From an uncultured Methanosarcinaceae archaeon (lineage in GTDB: Archaea; Halobacteriota; Methanosarcinia; Methanosarcinales; Methanosarcinaceae): DNA of 64,000 nucleotides. Position 1 is the first letter of the stretch; every line of letters starts with the position of its first letter. The DNA is taken from contig CAVTET010000004.1 of the NCBI GenBank assembly GCA_963733675.1, positions 512,001 through 576,000 on the forward strand, given 5' to 3'. The notes beneath the pieces were generated by a model. The model searched no databases. It saw only the letters and a program-made list of their open reading frames with translations, and was not told the DNA's origin. This document shows, piece after piece, positions 47,373 to 57,972 of the stretch. The position numbers were made by a program, and so were the translations under genes.

Positions 47373-48455
47373 TTATCTTTCAGTGCAACTAATACATGGG
47401 TCGACAGTAAGTACAACTACAGGAACATCAGCAAGTTTGATGCCTGGTAGCATCTGTAACAGTGCAGGTATATTTGCAAAGGTGGGTGTCCTTATTTTAA
47501 GTCTTTCCAGATTTTTAGTACCATTACCTTTGACATAATATACAACTTCACCTCTAGGCTGCTCTGATCTTGAAATAGCTTCAGTTCCTGCTGCAGGAGA
47601 ACCCTTTACAGGTATTGAAATTTCACCTTCAGGCAATTTGGAGATCGCATTCCTTATTAACTTAAAGCATTCGTATAACTCATAAATTCTTACTTTAGTT
47701 CTGGCATAGCAATCTCCATCATTTTCAACAACTGCTTTAAAATTAAGATCTTTATAAATACTCCAGCTAGATGATTCTCTTATGTCACTGTGAACCCCAC
47801 TTCCTCTCAGTGTAGGACCAACAGCTCCAACATCATATGCAAGTTGTTTTGATAATACACCTAATCCCACCAGTCTTTTCTTTACGGTGTAATTATTTAC
47901 GAATACTTTTTCGAGATTTTTGACCTGAGGTTCCAAGTCATCAATTGCTTTTAGAATTATATTAATATGTTCTTTAGACAAATCTTTGGTAGTTCCTCCA
48001 ACTTTACACATTGAAGTTATCACTCTGTTTCCCGTGGTCATCTCCATTATATCCATTACTGCTTCTCGATACTTCCAGCATTCCATGAAGAGACTTTCGA
48101 ATCCGAAACCATCAGCAAATAAACCAAGCCAAAGGAGATGACTCTGAACTCTTGCGAGTTCACTCCATATCACTCTTAAATATTCTGCTCTTTCAGGGAT
48201 CTCGACATTCATTAGTTGTTCGATCCCCCGTGCATAAGTTATAGAATGGATGGCGCTGCAGATCCCACATATTCTTTCACAAATATAGAGTGTTTGATTA
48301 TAGTCCTTTGTGTCGATAAATTTCTCAAGCCCTCTGTGCACATAACCTAGTGAGGGAAGTGCTCCAACAACAACATCATTGTCCAGTTCAAGTTTTAACT
48401 GTACAGGTTCAGGTAAAACCGGATGTTGAGGACCAAAAGGTATTACAGTTGTCAT
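47373..48455 (-). CDS. echE: Ech hydrogenase large [NiFe] subunit E
   Basis: GPQHP, RICGICSAIH (L1), DPCISCTER (L2). Confidence 0.96.
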   Translation of the reverse strand: MTTVIPFGPQHPVLPEPVQLKLELDNDVVVGALPSLGYVHRGLEKFIDTKDYNQTLYICERICGICSAIHSITYARGIEQLMNVEIPERAEYLRVIWSELARVQSHLLWLGLFADGFGFESLFMECWKYREAVMDIMEMTTGNRVITSMCKVGGTTKDLSKEHINIILKAIDDLEPQVKNLEKVFVNNYTVKKRLVGLGVLSKQLAYDVGAVGPTLRGSGVHSDIRESSSWSIYKDLNFKAVVENDGDCYARTKVRIYELYECFKLIRNAISKLPEGEISIPVKGSPAAGTEAISRSEQPRGEVVYYVKGNGTKNLERLKIRTPTFANIPALLQMLPGIKLADVPVVVLTVDPCISCTER

Positions 48456-48478
48456 AATAATTCTCCTCTCAAATTGCT

Positions 48479-48820
48479 TTAAGCTAATGGAGTTTTTGGA
48501 CTGTTTGGTGTCAAATAAAGGTGACCTTTAAAGTCTATTGCCAAACCTTCAAAAGTTAATCCAAACAGATCCTGGTATTCATTCTCGATCAAAAGTGCGC
48601 ATAAATAAATACCTGACATACTCTTTGGATTCTCAGATGGCTTCACAAAATATCTTAGAGTTTTTAGAGCGTAACCTTTGTCTAAAACGTATATAAATTC
48701 ATGACCATCGTTAGCTTTCAAGCATATCATTGTAGCATATCGATAACCATCATTTTTTAATTCCTGAACAGTTTTTAGCAGTTCTGAGCTGCTTTTTATT
48801 TCTACGTTATTCTCAAGCAT
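48479..48820 (-). CDS. echD: Ech hydrogenase subunit D (NuoC-like)
   Basis: ENEYQDLFGLTFEG; position in operon. Confidence 0.9.
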   Translation of the reverse strand: MLENNVEIKSSSELLKTVQELKNDGYRYATMICLKANDGHEFIYVLDKGYALKTLRYFVKPSENPKSMSGIYLCALLIENEYQDLFGLTFEGLAIDFKGHLYLTPNSPKTPLA

Positions 48821-49283
48821 TTGATGGCACCTCGTTTCCCTTGAGTTTTACATCTTTTCCTTTGATTTTTCCTTGGCTCTTGCTTTCAAGTACTGAAAGT
48901 GCTGCAACCACTCCATCGAGTATAGCTTCAGGTCTGGGACAACATCCTGGAACATATGCATCTACAGGTATTACCTGATCCACCCCACCTATTACATTAT
49001 AGCAGTCATGGAAAATTCCGCCTGTAGATGCACAAGCGCCTACAGCTAAAACAACTTTGGGATCAGGAATTTGGTTATAGATGTTCTTAAGCACATTCAC
49101 ATTTTTATAATTTATCGAACCCGTAACCACCATTATATCAGCTTGCTTAGGAGTACCGATGTTTAAAACACCAAATCTTTCAGCATCATATAGAGGAGTA
49201 AGACAAGCCAATACTTCAATATCACAGCCATTACAACTGTTGCAATTCACGTGTATGATCCATGGGGACTTTGCCAATGCCAT
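48813..49283 (-). CDS. echC: Ech hydrogenase small subunit C
   Basis: SCNGCDIE, VGACA..GG, VPGCCPRPEA. Confidence 0.95.
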   Translation of the reverse strand: MALAKSPWIIHVNCNSCNGCDIEVLACLTPLYDAERFGVLNIGTPKQADIMVVTGSINYKNVNVLKNIYNQIPDPKVVLAVGACASTGGIFHDCYNVIGGVDQVIPVDAYVPGCCPRPEAILDGVVAALSVLESKSQGKIKGKDVKLKGNEVPSNA

Positions 49284-49296
49284 AAATATCCCTCTT

Positions 49297-50166
49297 TTAA
49301 ATTAACTTAATCTTAGCAACGTACAGATATAGTACATTTACGACCGAAATTATCAATAAAATTGTCCAACTTACTTTGAGCATCCATTGCCAGTATACTC
49401 TTGCAGTGATATTGTCCATTATAATTACAAACAAGAAAGCAATCAATGCTATAAGCAAACCAATTATTATGTTCACTTTCCAGAATAGGAACATAAGTCC
49501 TAACAAAAATACGTATTCATAGAAATGCCCAATCTCAATTCCAGCTAATCCTGGTCCTGAATATTCGGTAAGCATACCTTTAACCAATTCCTGATGAGCA
49601 TGGTGAGATGTTGAATAATCGAAGGGTGACTTTTTAAATTTAATATTCATAACAAACATCATTGAGATGAATATAAGTGGTATGTATATTAGGAGAGGAG
49701 TCGTTGTATTATTAAGCGCAGATAATTTAAAGGTACCAGTAAGCAAGTATATTGCAAGAGCATACAAGATTAAAATTGGCTCATATGACAATATAGCCAT
49801 AATTTCTCTCGAACTTCCGATCCTTGCATATGGAGAACCAGTGCTCATTCCTCCTACTATGAGAGCTACAGAAGATACTGTATAAACAAATACTATCATC
49901 AAAATATCTGCATCAAAGACTAACATTAAAAGACTCAAAATTACAAACGCTACGTAAATAACTACGTAGAGATTTTGAGATCCACTCACAATCATATTAT
50001 CTTTCTGGAAAAGTTTCATGACATCATAATAAGGTTGAAGAAGAGGTGGACCAACTCTCCCTTGCAATCTTGCCGTAAGTCTCCTGTCAATACCTGCAAG
50101 TAAACAGCCAAGGATAGGAGCACCAATCAAAACAAGAACAATTTTTGCAATATCTAAACTGTTCAT
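49297..50166 (-). CDS. echB: Ech hydrogenase membrane subunit B (NuoH-like)
   Basis: ARLQGRVGPPLLQP, PFD, ELVKG..TEYSG. Confidence 0.95.
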   Translation of the reverse strand: MNSLDIAKIVLVLIGAPILGCLLAGIDRRLTARLQGRVGPPLLQPYYDVMKLFQKDNMIVSGSQNLYVVIYVAFVILSLLMLVFDADILMIVFVYTVSSVALIVGGMSTGSPYARIGSSREIMAILSYEPILILYALAIYLLTGTFKLSALNNTTTPLLIYIPLIFISMMFVMNIKFKKSPFDYSTSHHAHQELVKGMLTEYSGPGLAGIEIGHFYEYVFLLGLMFLFWKVNIIIGLLIALIAFLFVIIMDNITARVYWQWMLKVSWTILLIISVVNVLYLYVAKIKLI

Positions 50167-52067
50167 AATACCACCACTTCTACTAATGCAATTACAATAA
50201 GCAATATGGAAACTAAGTATCCAAGTGTCGTAAGTTTGTTTTCTCCAAAAATATTTTGAAGATAAATGTTAGAGACACTACTTTTATCGTAACTGCCAAT
50301 TCCATTACGGAACATCAATTTATCCTTTTCAAGGTTATTTTCCCCACACATATAATAACCAGCTGGGCGGGGAGTAAACATGCTTTTAGCAGCGAAGTAG
50401 ATCAGAATGGCCAAAACGAGCACTATAAATATTAATGCATAAGCAAATGCTCCGATCTCCGATGAGAATTGGCCACCTTGCCCTGAAACAGTAGGGACAA
50501 TATTGAGCAAAGTCGCAACCTGAGGTTTAATGAAATAGTCATATATTGAGAATACAAGAATACTTGTAACTACAATTAATGACCCAAGTAAAGATAGCGG
50601 GAAATAGGTTTCTGGTTTCAAATGGTGAACCGCATTTTTATCCATAGAGGAGGATAATATTGTTCCAAGCCATTTAACATAATAAACTGTAGTAAGTGCA
50701 CTCCCAAGTATGAGGAATATCGATACAATAGGATTGCTTGAAGCTACCTCCATTGATACCCATTTTGTGAGTAAAACCCCAAAAGGAGGTAATAGCATGG
50801 ATATCATTCCTAGAGATGCAAGCATTGTAAGAAGAGGAGCCTTTTTTATCAATCCGGACATATCTTCAATATCTTTGCTTCCAATCGTGTGTTCAATTTC
50901 GCCTGTACAAAGGAACAACAAGGCTTTTGATATTGCATGAAATAAAATAAGCATAATGGCAGCAGCTACAGCTAAAGGTGTGCCTATTCCAGCACTCGCG
51001 ATAATTAATCCTAAATTTGCAATCGTAGAATACGCCAGCACTCTTTTAGCATTTCTTTGAGATAAGGCCAAAGCTGAACACATAACGAAAGAAAAACTTC
51101 CGTAAATAGCAATTGCTGTCCCGAGGGGTGTGTTCGCAAAAGCTGGCACAAGCTTGACAATTAAGAAAACACCTGCATTTACCATCGTGCTTGAGTGGAG
51201 TAAGGCGGAAACTGGAGTGGGAGCTACCATCGCACCTAATAGCCAACTTTGGAAAGGCATCTGGGCAGATTTTGCAAAACCTGCAATACATAGTAAGACA
51301 ACCGGAAGAGCCACAGCAGCTGCTGTTGAACTAGTTCCAACTGCCGAAAGAATGGATATATCAAATTTAGTACTTAGCAGAATTATAGCTAAAGAAAAAG
51401 TAATTCCACCAATCAAGTTTAGAGCTAGTGCTCTGAAACCATTATTTATGGATTCTTCATCCTGGTTGTATGCGATTAAAACGAATGAACAGAGCGTCGT
51501 GATTTCCCAGAACAGAAACAGCCACCCTAAGGTGTCAACCATGACTAGACCGTTCATAGCTGCTAAGAAAAAGCTCATTGTAAAGTAAAACGTTTTTTGT
51601 CTGTTTAGATGCCTGTGTTTTTCATAGTGATCCATGTATCCTGTTGCAAATAATATAATCGCAGTACCGATTATATTCACAATCAGTATCATGACCTGAG
51701 AAAATTGATCAATATTAAAAGAAACACTTTCAACTTTTGCAATAGTCAGGTAGGAATAAGCTGCTATAACTGTTTGAATTGCAATTAGTGCAAGTGTAGG
51801 CCAGCTTTTATGTTTTGCTGACACATAAAATACAAATAGTATTATAAGTACTTCAAGTATAAGAACAATGTTTTCTAATAGTGCAAAACTTGATCCAGCA
51901 ACCTCAACTTTTCCAGTTCCATCTAATACTAACATAATCGAAGAAACTGCTCCTACTATGAAAAAAGCCCAGGCGAGAAATTTGTATAACGATTTGCCAA
52001 GAGCTAAGAATAAAAAAGAAAAAAGTATAGGTGCTGCAATTAATAGCATAATGGTGGTCTTCAACAT
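50163..52067 (-). CDS. echA: Ech hydrogenase antiporter-like subunit A (NuoL-like)
   Basis: FWEITT, KSAQMPF.SWL..AMVAPTPVSALLHSSTMV.AG, KRVLAYST. Confidence 0.95.
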   Translation of the reverse strand: MLKTTIMLLIAAPILFSFLFLALGKSLYKFLAWAFFIVGAVSSIMLVLDGTGKVEVAGSSFALLENIVLILEVLIILFVFYVSAKHKSWPTLALIAIQTVIAAYSYLTIAKVESVSFNIDQFSQVMILIVNIIGTAIILFATGYMDHYEKHRHLNRQKTFYFTMSFFLAAMNGLVMVDTLGWLFLFWEITTLCSFVLIAYNQDEESINNGFRALALNLIGGITFSLAIILLSTKFDISILSAVGTSSTAAAVALPVVLLCIAGFAKSAQMPFQSWLLGAMVAPTPVSALLHSSTMVNAGVFLIVKLVPAFANTPLGTAIAIYGSFSFVMCSALALSQRNAKRVLAYSTIANLGLIIASAGIGTPLAVAAAIMLILFHAISKALLFLCTGEIEHTIGSKDIEDMSGLIKKAPLLTMLASLGMISMLLPPFGVLLTKWVSMEVASSNPIVSIFLILGSALTTVYYVKWLGTILSSSMDKNAVHHLKPETYFPLSLLGSLIVVTSILVFSIYDYFIKPQVATLLNIVPTVSGQGGQFSSEIGAFAYALIFIVLVLAILIYFAAKSMFTPRPAGYYMCGENNLEKDKLMFRNGIGSYDKSSVSNIYLQNIFGENKLTTLGYLVSILLIVIALVEVVVL

Positions 52068-52849
52068 ATAATATATCCTCCAATCTACTGATTTCAGTCT
52101 ACTCCATAGATTTATTTTTCAAGTTGCATATATTCTGTCTAGTTTTATCCTCCAATTTATTAATAGGAGGACTTACGCAGCTGAAGGAAAAATTACCCTT
52201 AATAAAGCGCTGTGATTAGTTTGACATTTTAGATGTTTCAAGACTTTTTGAGATCAGTTTTCCATTTCAATTGCGTAATTCCTGGGCAAATAAGAATATG
52301 GACTTAAATAGCCCACAAATTTGAAATAGAATTTCGATGAGCGCCGATTTTCGGTTGGTTGTTCATAAAGTATAAATGTAAGCAATTTGTTGACATCAAG
52401 GATCTATCGAAATTCTCTATCAATTCTTAAATCAAAATTACAAGAAATAATAATAATACGCAACTAGTATCGATATGATACCTACATGTTACAAATATAA
52501 CAAAGGCATATTTAAAGATAGTGATTTTTTTTCTATTTTTATATGATGCTCCCAAAATAGAGTTTTGATTTAAAAATCCATCCTTTTTCTCATCATTATG
52601 ATCGTTACTCTTTTTGTTTTATAAAGATAGATATAAATAATATAAAAATTGACCGCTTTTGTGACAAATGATACTATAATAAGATAGCCCTTTCCAAGAA
52701 CTAGATGTTATCAATAAATGATTGATGTTTAATAATATCCAAATAGCATAATTTTCGATAACTAGCACTCAGTTGGAGACTAAGTGGCTTGTTGGTTCAT
52801 TTATTCTCTTTGAGAACAAGTCCCCAAGTACATCCCCCGCATTCCATGA

Positions 52850-53975
52850 GTGTCAGATTCCAATTAGGTTTTGATCAATGAAAACTAATTTTTAGATATT
52901 AATTGCAGCATTAAATTGCAGCATTAACATCTCTATCATGTTTTGTCTTGCAATCAGGACATTTCTTATTCTCTATCTTTTAGTGTTAGCTCAGAGTTAT
53001 GATATCCACAAACACGACAGATCCTAGATGACGACTCAAATTCATCTATCATGAGAATGTTTTTTCCGGACTATTCTGAGTTATATTCCAATTTTGTTAC
53101 AAAACTACTCCACGCCGAATCACATATAGCCTGTGCTAAATTATAATTCGTAATCATGCATTTAATATTCAGAGTTCAACAGCTATTGCTTGGTTTTCGC
53201 TAACAGGTTTAAAAAAGAGAGTTTGTGTTGAAAATTATTTCTCTAATTTGTTATTTTTTCATGAAGTACAGAAAGTTTTTGTTTGGCTTTTTCTCTGTTT
53301 TCAGAACCGTCTGTTTTCGACTAACTCTTTTTTAGAGTACTTTAAGTCTCTTCAAAGAGTTTTTAAAGTACTTAGAATTTTCAACTTTTTCACTAGTTGA
53401 CATCAAGGTAAAATCTGTTATCTCAACGTCTACACTAATAGTCTTAGATTCAGAAAATACTTGTTTAACTGGAATTTATGTTACATCTTCCGCTATGAAT
53501 GTTGATAGAGTACTTTCCTATGCAAGACATCAAAATCTTAGCGGTTTTTAATTCACCTTCAAATGTTTTGTGAAGAACTGCTTTGATTTTCCCAATCTAA
53601 GGAAGCTTTAACAGTATTATTTTCAAAATCCAAATTGTAGTGTTGTAGTATCGATAATACTGAATTGGATTCTTCTGTGATTGATACTTAGAAAACCATT
53701 TTATTCTCTAAAAAATCTAGCGAATTCATATTCTACCTTTTAATCATACCCTGAAGTAATTGGGAATTTGCCTCCCCAAAAAAACTGAGTTCGCTTTTGT
53801 AGAGTCTGAATTTATTTTGTAAGTCAAACATAGAAATTAACTGCTTGATTTGCACATTTGTTTTTACTTTCTGATCAAGCGCCTAATTATAGATAACCAT
53901 ACAACTACAATATATTTATTAAGCTGATTAAATTGATCAATTTTTGGATATAGCCTAAAATAGAGTGGTTTTATG
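52850..53975 (-). pseudogene. TnpB (RNA-guided nuclease family) pseudogene
   Basis: LAQAICDSAWSSFVTKLEY, SSRICRVCG, CPDCKTKHDRDVNAA; many stops and frameshifts. Confidence 0.85.
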
Positions 53976-54027
53976 ATAAAACACTTAAAACTCTTTATCA
54001 ATAGATTTACTGTTTGGTAAATAGAGA

Positions 54028-54385
54028 ATATGAACGTAGAATCATAGCAAATTTTTGTTAATGCATCACATTATCTCTGTGTGAAAATATCGAAAAAAGA
54101 TACTAGAACAGATTTAAAAAACTTAGACATATAGTTCGACATTGAAAAGGAGGGCCGTTTTGGAATACCAAAAATTGAAACTGACAAAGCCCACATACAT
54201 TTAGTCATTCAGAGAAAGCCAACAGTCTACACATTGCGATCATTCGAAAACTGAAACACGAAGTGTATTCGAAAAAATACTATTGAAAAGAACATACACT
54301 GTAAAAGTACTGGATATTTCACATTTTCTATACGCAATTTTAGGAAAGAAGTAGCCAAAAATTACATACTGAATCAGGTTAAAGT
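54028..54385 (+). pseudogene. IS200 TnpA (Y1 HUH transposase) pseudogene
   Basis: NHSKFLLMHHII..KYRKKIL, ETDKAHIHLVI (HUH), YILNQ. Confidence 0.8.
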
Positions 54386-55023
54386 TGACGTTTACATCCA
54401 CTTTTTGAAGACCCACTGATTTTACGCTTTGTCCTATGAATATGAATATTTACAAAAGCAATTAATTTAACATTAAAATTATGAAGTTATCCTCTTCAAG
54501 TACTCTCAAAGTTTTCTTTTTCCATAAGTTCGATTATTCCACTAATCAATCTTATAAATGGATTAAGGGAAAATTTTTCAGTCTTAACAATTTTTCCATC
54601 CTGAAGTTCTCCCTTTTGAGATCCTGTTTCATCGTCTTACGTCTCATCATTTGCAGAGAATTTCGATAAGCTTCTTATTTTCACGCGTCACTTAATATAC
54701 CAGTTATAAGTATATGACAAATTATTAGGATTTATCAAAATCATCTGTAGCAAGATACCATATAATTCTGGTACTTTCCTAGCCAGAACAATAATTGAAT
54801 TTAAATAAATTCGTTATGTCCAGATAGTGGTACGAACCTACACAGATGTTTGCACCTGGGTGTTCCATCGTGAATGCTATTTGAGCTTGTTATTTGAAGA
54901 TTCTATATTTGCTTTTAGCAAATAAATAATACAACAATTTACTAAAAATGAGAATAATTTTTGGTAATGTTAACAGAATAAATTTTAAAAAATGAAAAAA
55001 AATTGACTAAAGAAAAAAGAAGA

Positions 55024-55220
55024 TGGGGCTGGTGAGATTCGAACTCACGATCGACGGGTCTCTCCGAACAGCTAACTCTAACAGTTTTGGTTCTGGTTAG
55101 CAACTATCAGTGCTCCAACGGTTCCTCATTGTGTTTCTCCGTCGAGAAAAACTCAGTAGACCCGTTGTTCATCATTTATCCGCTGGAGCCCATCGCCATG
55201 CCGGACTAGGCCACAGCCCC
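55024..55220 (-). tRNA. tRNA-Trp(CCA) with 123-nt intron (55060-55182)
   Basis: Exons GGGGCTGTGGCCTAG...GGGCTCCAG and ACCCGTCGATCGTGAGTTCGAATCTCACCAGCCCCA. Confidence 0.95.
55060..55182 (-). ncRNA. Intron-encoded box C/D guide RNA
   Basis: C box ATGATGA, D' CTGA, C' ATGAGGA, D CTGA; guides ACGGGTCT and TGGAGC are complementary to the host tRNA. Confidence 0.9.
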
Positions 55221-55612
55221 TTGACAAGAATATTGAGATATTCGTTCTCTTTTAAATAGTTGACGGCAAAAAATAAGTTTTTACGGAACGTGATTCTTAT
55301 TTCATGAGCTTTTTTTCCTTAAAAACATTCCGATAATAGATCAGTTCTTAAGATCACCTATCTTATCAAGCGTAGTACTGCCTAATAAAATTATTTAAAT
55401 TAGATCATTTTTAAACACACAGAAGAATTTAAATAAATTCCTAAATTTTGTCATATGCTTACGAATTTTATAGAAATGACTTGAAGAAAGCAGAGGTTTA
55501 TCTAGATCCTCAATAATCTAGATTTTTATAAGTCCTATATTATATTGTGAGGTCAGCCTGAAATAAATCAAACAATAGTTTTTAGTAGGTTTCCGCACAA
55601 AATTACTTTGTT

Positions 55613-56749
55613 ATGAAAGCTGTGTGCATCTGTATGGGGGTACATCTGCCTTACAGTCCGAAGTGGTACTGGCCTGTAGAGGGTTTTTATGGAGTGCCCG
55701 AAATGGACCGTTATTTTGACAGAGAAAATATTTTCTCTAAATTTTTAAAAACAAGTCGACAATTTTTGCACCTTAATAATATAATTATGGAATCCGTTGA
55801 AAAGGGAGGAAGATATTCCTTTGATCTATCTGGTCCTTTCCTCGAACAATGCAGATGGGATCATGAACTCCTAGAGTCTTTTCACGAACTCCAAGAAAGC
55901 GGAAGCGTGGAATTTACAGGAAGCTGCAATTACCATTCACTTAGTTCCCTATACCCTGACCTATCTTGGTTTCATGAGGAAATCAGCATCTACAGAGAGA
56001 TTATCAGGGAACTGTTAGGTGTTACTCCCAAAACTTTCGTGAATACCGAACTTCTATACACGGAAAGAGCAGGAGGTATTCTCGCAGAGGCGGGGTTCGG
56101 ATGCTTAATTGCCGAAGGGTCAAGAAACCTCATAAAAGAATTTGATCCGGTAAATGTCTTCCAAAACCACCTTCCGACTCTCTTAAGACATATAAACCTT
56201 AGCGAAGACCTTGAACTACGTTTTTTGGAAAAAGACTTTGAAGGATACCATCTTATCCCTAAAAAGTTCGCAGACTGGATCAAAAGCATGGAAGGTGATG
56301 TCCTGACCCTTTATTTTAACTATACAAATCTCTGTGTTCACCACAGGAATGAGAATACAGTAGCCGATTTTATCCGGAATTTCCCCAGCGCTCTCAAAAT
56401 CAGAGACATTGAAATGCTCACACCGTCTGAAGCTGTGAAGAAATTCTCACATTCAAGTCTCCAAACACTTGGAACTGAGCAAACAATCCGTTATGGAATG
56501 CATAATGCAATAGGAAATAATGCACAGCAAATTTACATGCAAGAACTTTTAAGAATTGGAGAGGAGCTTTCAGAGCTTAAGGGAAGTAAAGATTACTGGA
56601 AACTGAAGCAGATATTTGGCTATCTTCAGCAGAGTGAAATATTTTTTTCCATGAATTCTGGAAGTATTAGGGAAGGTTATGAGAGAGCTGTGAATTATTT
56701 TTCTATCTTGTCTGACTTCAGGAGAGCTGTCCTGGAGGAAGCAAAATGA
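55613..56749 (+). CDS. Divergent GH57-family protein (acid/base Asp apparently lost)
   Basis: HLP, YHSLSSL, FVNTELLY; LYFNYTN where the neighbouring paralog has IFIDYET. Confidence 0.8.
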   Translation: MKAVCICMGVHLPYSPKWYWPVEGFYGVPEMDRYFDRENIFSKFLKTSRQFLHLNNIIMESVEKGGRYSFDLSGPFLEQCRWDHELLESFHELQESGSVEFTGSCNYHSLSSLYPDLSWFHEEISIYREIIRELLGVTPKTFVNTELLYTERAGGILAEAGFGCLIAEGSRNLIKEFDPVNVFQNHLPTLLRHINLSEDLELRFLEKDFEGYHLIPKKFADWIKSMEGDVLTLYFNYTNLCVHHRNENTVADFIRNFPSALKIRDIEMLTPSEAVKKFSHSSLQTLGTEQTIRYGMHNAIGNNAQQIYMQELLRIGEELSELKGSKDYWKLKQIFGYLQQSEIFFSMNSGSIREGYERAVNYFSILSDFRRAVLEEAK

Positions 56750-57942
56750 CATCTGTTTGCATATATTTTCAGGTGCATCAGCCATTTAGGTTGCGTAAGT
56801 TCTGGCCCGACAAAAGATCTGGCTTTTACCGTTATTTTGACGAGAAAGGAAACCGGGAAATCTTTGAAAGGGTAGCAAGAAAGTGCTATATCCCTGCAAA
56901 CAAAGTCCTTCTGAATTCTATTGATGAGCACGAAGGAAAGTTTAGATTTTCCCTTTCTGTTACTGGTACACTGCTAAAACAATGTGAATTATGGGGAACA
57001 GAAGTTCTAGAGGGCTTCCGACAAATGGCAGAAACAAAAGCTGTGGAATTCTTGGACGAAACTTATTATCATTCCCTTTCAAGTCTTTTTGAAAAAAAAG
57101 CCGAATTCATCGAAGAAATAAAGGAACATAGAGAACTGATGTCTACCCTCCTGGGGGTTGAACCTAAGGTATTTCGAAACACTGAACTGCTCTACAATAA
57201 TTCAATTGCAAAAATTGCTTTTGATTTGGGTTACAAGGCAATACTTACTGAAGGCGCAGATCACCTGCTTGAAGGTAGATCCTCTAACTTACTTTACAGA
57301 GCAAAAAATTTAAGTCTCCCAATCATCCTCAGGAACTACAAGCTGAGTGATGATATAGGATACCGTTTTTCAGCAAGGTGGTGGGAAGGCTATCCTTTGA
57401 CTGCGGAAAAATGGGCTTCTTGGATTTCAGGAATCAAAGAGGACTGCGTTAACATCTTTATTGACTATGAAACCTTTGGAGAACACCAGTGGGAAGAAAC
57501 CGGAATTTTTACCTTTCTGCGAGAACTGCCTGGAGAAGTTCTCAAGAAGCACCTTAATTTCAGCACTCCTTTTGAGATTGTCGAGAAATACTCACCTGTA
57601 GCTGAGATAGATGTAGGGGATTTCTCCACTATTTCCTGGGCTGATATGGAACGTGACACCAGTGCATGGCTTGGAAACGATATGCAAAGACGTTGTTTTG
57701 AGGAAATTAAGTTGCTTGAACCTTTTGTAAGAAAAACAGGAGACTCTGAGATTCTACGTATATGGAAGCATCTGCTAACTTCGGATCATTATTATTATAT
57801 GTGCACTAAATGGCTTGGGGATGGGGATGTACACTCTTATTTCAGTGTTTATTCTACACCCTTCGATGCAGCAGTCAATTTCATGGCAGTACTCATGGAT
57901 TTCAAAGCCCATGTATTCAGGAAACTTAGAGAGATAGCTTAA
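56746..57942 (+). CDS. GH57 alpha-amylase-like glycoside hydrolase
   Basis: HQP, ETYYHSL, FRNTEL (nucleophile), DYETFGEH (acid/base), TSDHYYYM; ATGA overlap with the upstream gene. Confidence 0.92.
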   Translation: MTSVCIYFQVHQPFRLRKFWPDKRSGFYRYFDEKGNREIFERVARKCYIPANKVLLNSIDEHEGKFRFSLSVTGTLLKQCELWGTEVLEGFRQMAETKAVEFLDETYYHSLSSLFEKKAEFIEEIKEHRELMSTLLGVEPKVFRNTELLYNNSIAKIAFDLGYKAILTEGADHLLEGRSSNLLYRAKNLSLPIILRNYKLSDDIGYRFSARWWEGYPLTAEKWASWISGIKEDCVNIFIDYETFGEHQWEETGIFTFLRELPGEVLKKHLNFSTPFEIVEKYSPVAEIDVGDFSTISWADMERDTSAWLGNDMQRRCFEEIKLLEPFVRKTGDSEILRIWKHLLTSDHYYYMCTKWLGDGDVHSYFSVYSTPFDAAVNFMAVLMDFKAHVFRKLREIA

Positions 57943-57972
57943 TTTAATTTTACGCATACAAATCATAGGAGT

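Larger units (their letters stand above)
52760..54440. mobile_element. Decayed IS200/IS605-family element with divergent tnpB (-) and tnpA (+)
   Basis: Both pseudogenes recognisable; boundaries approximate. Confidence 0.75.
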
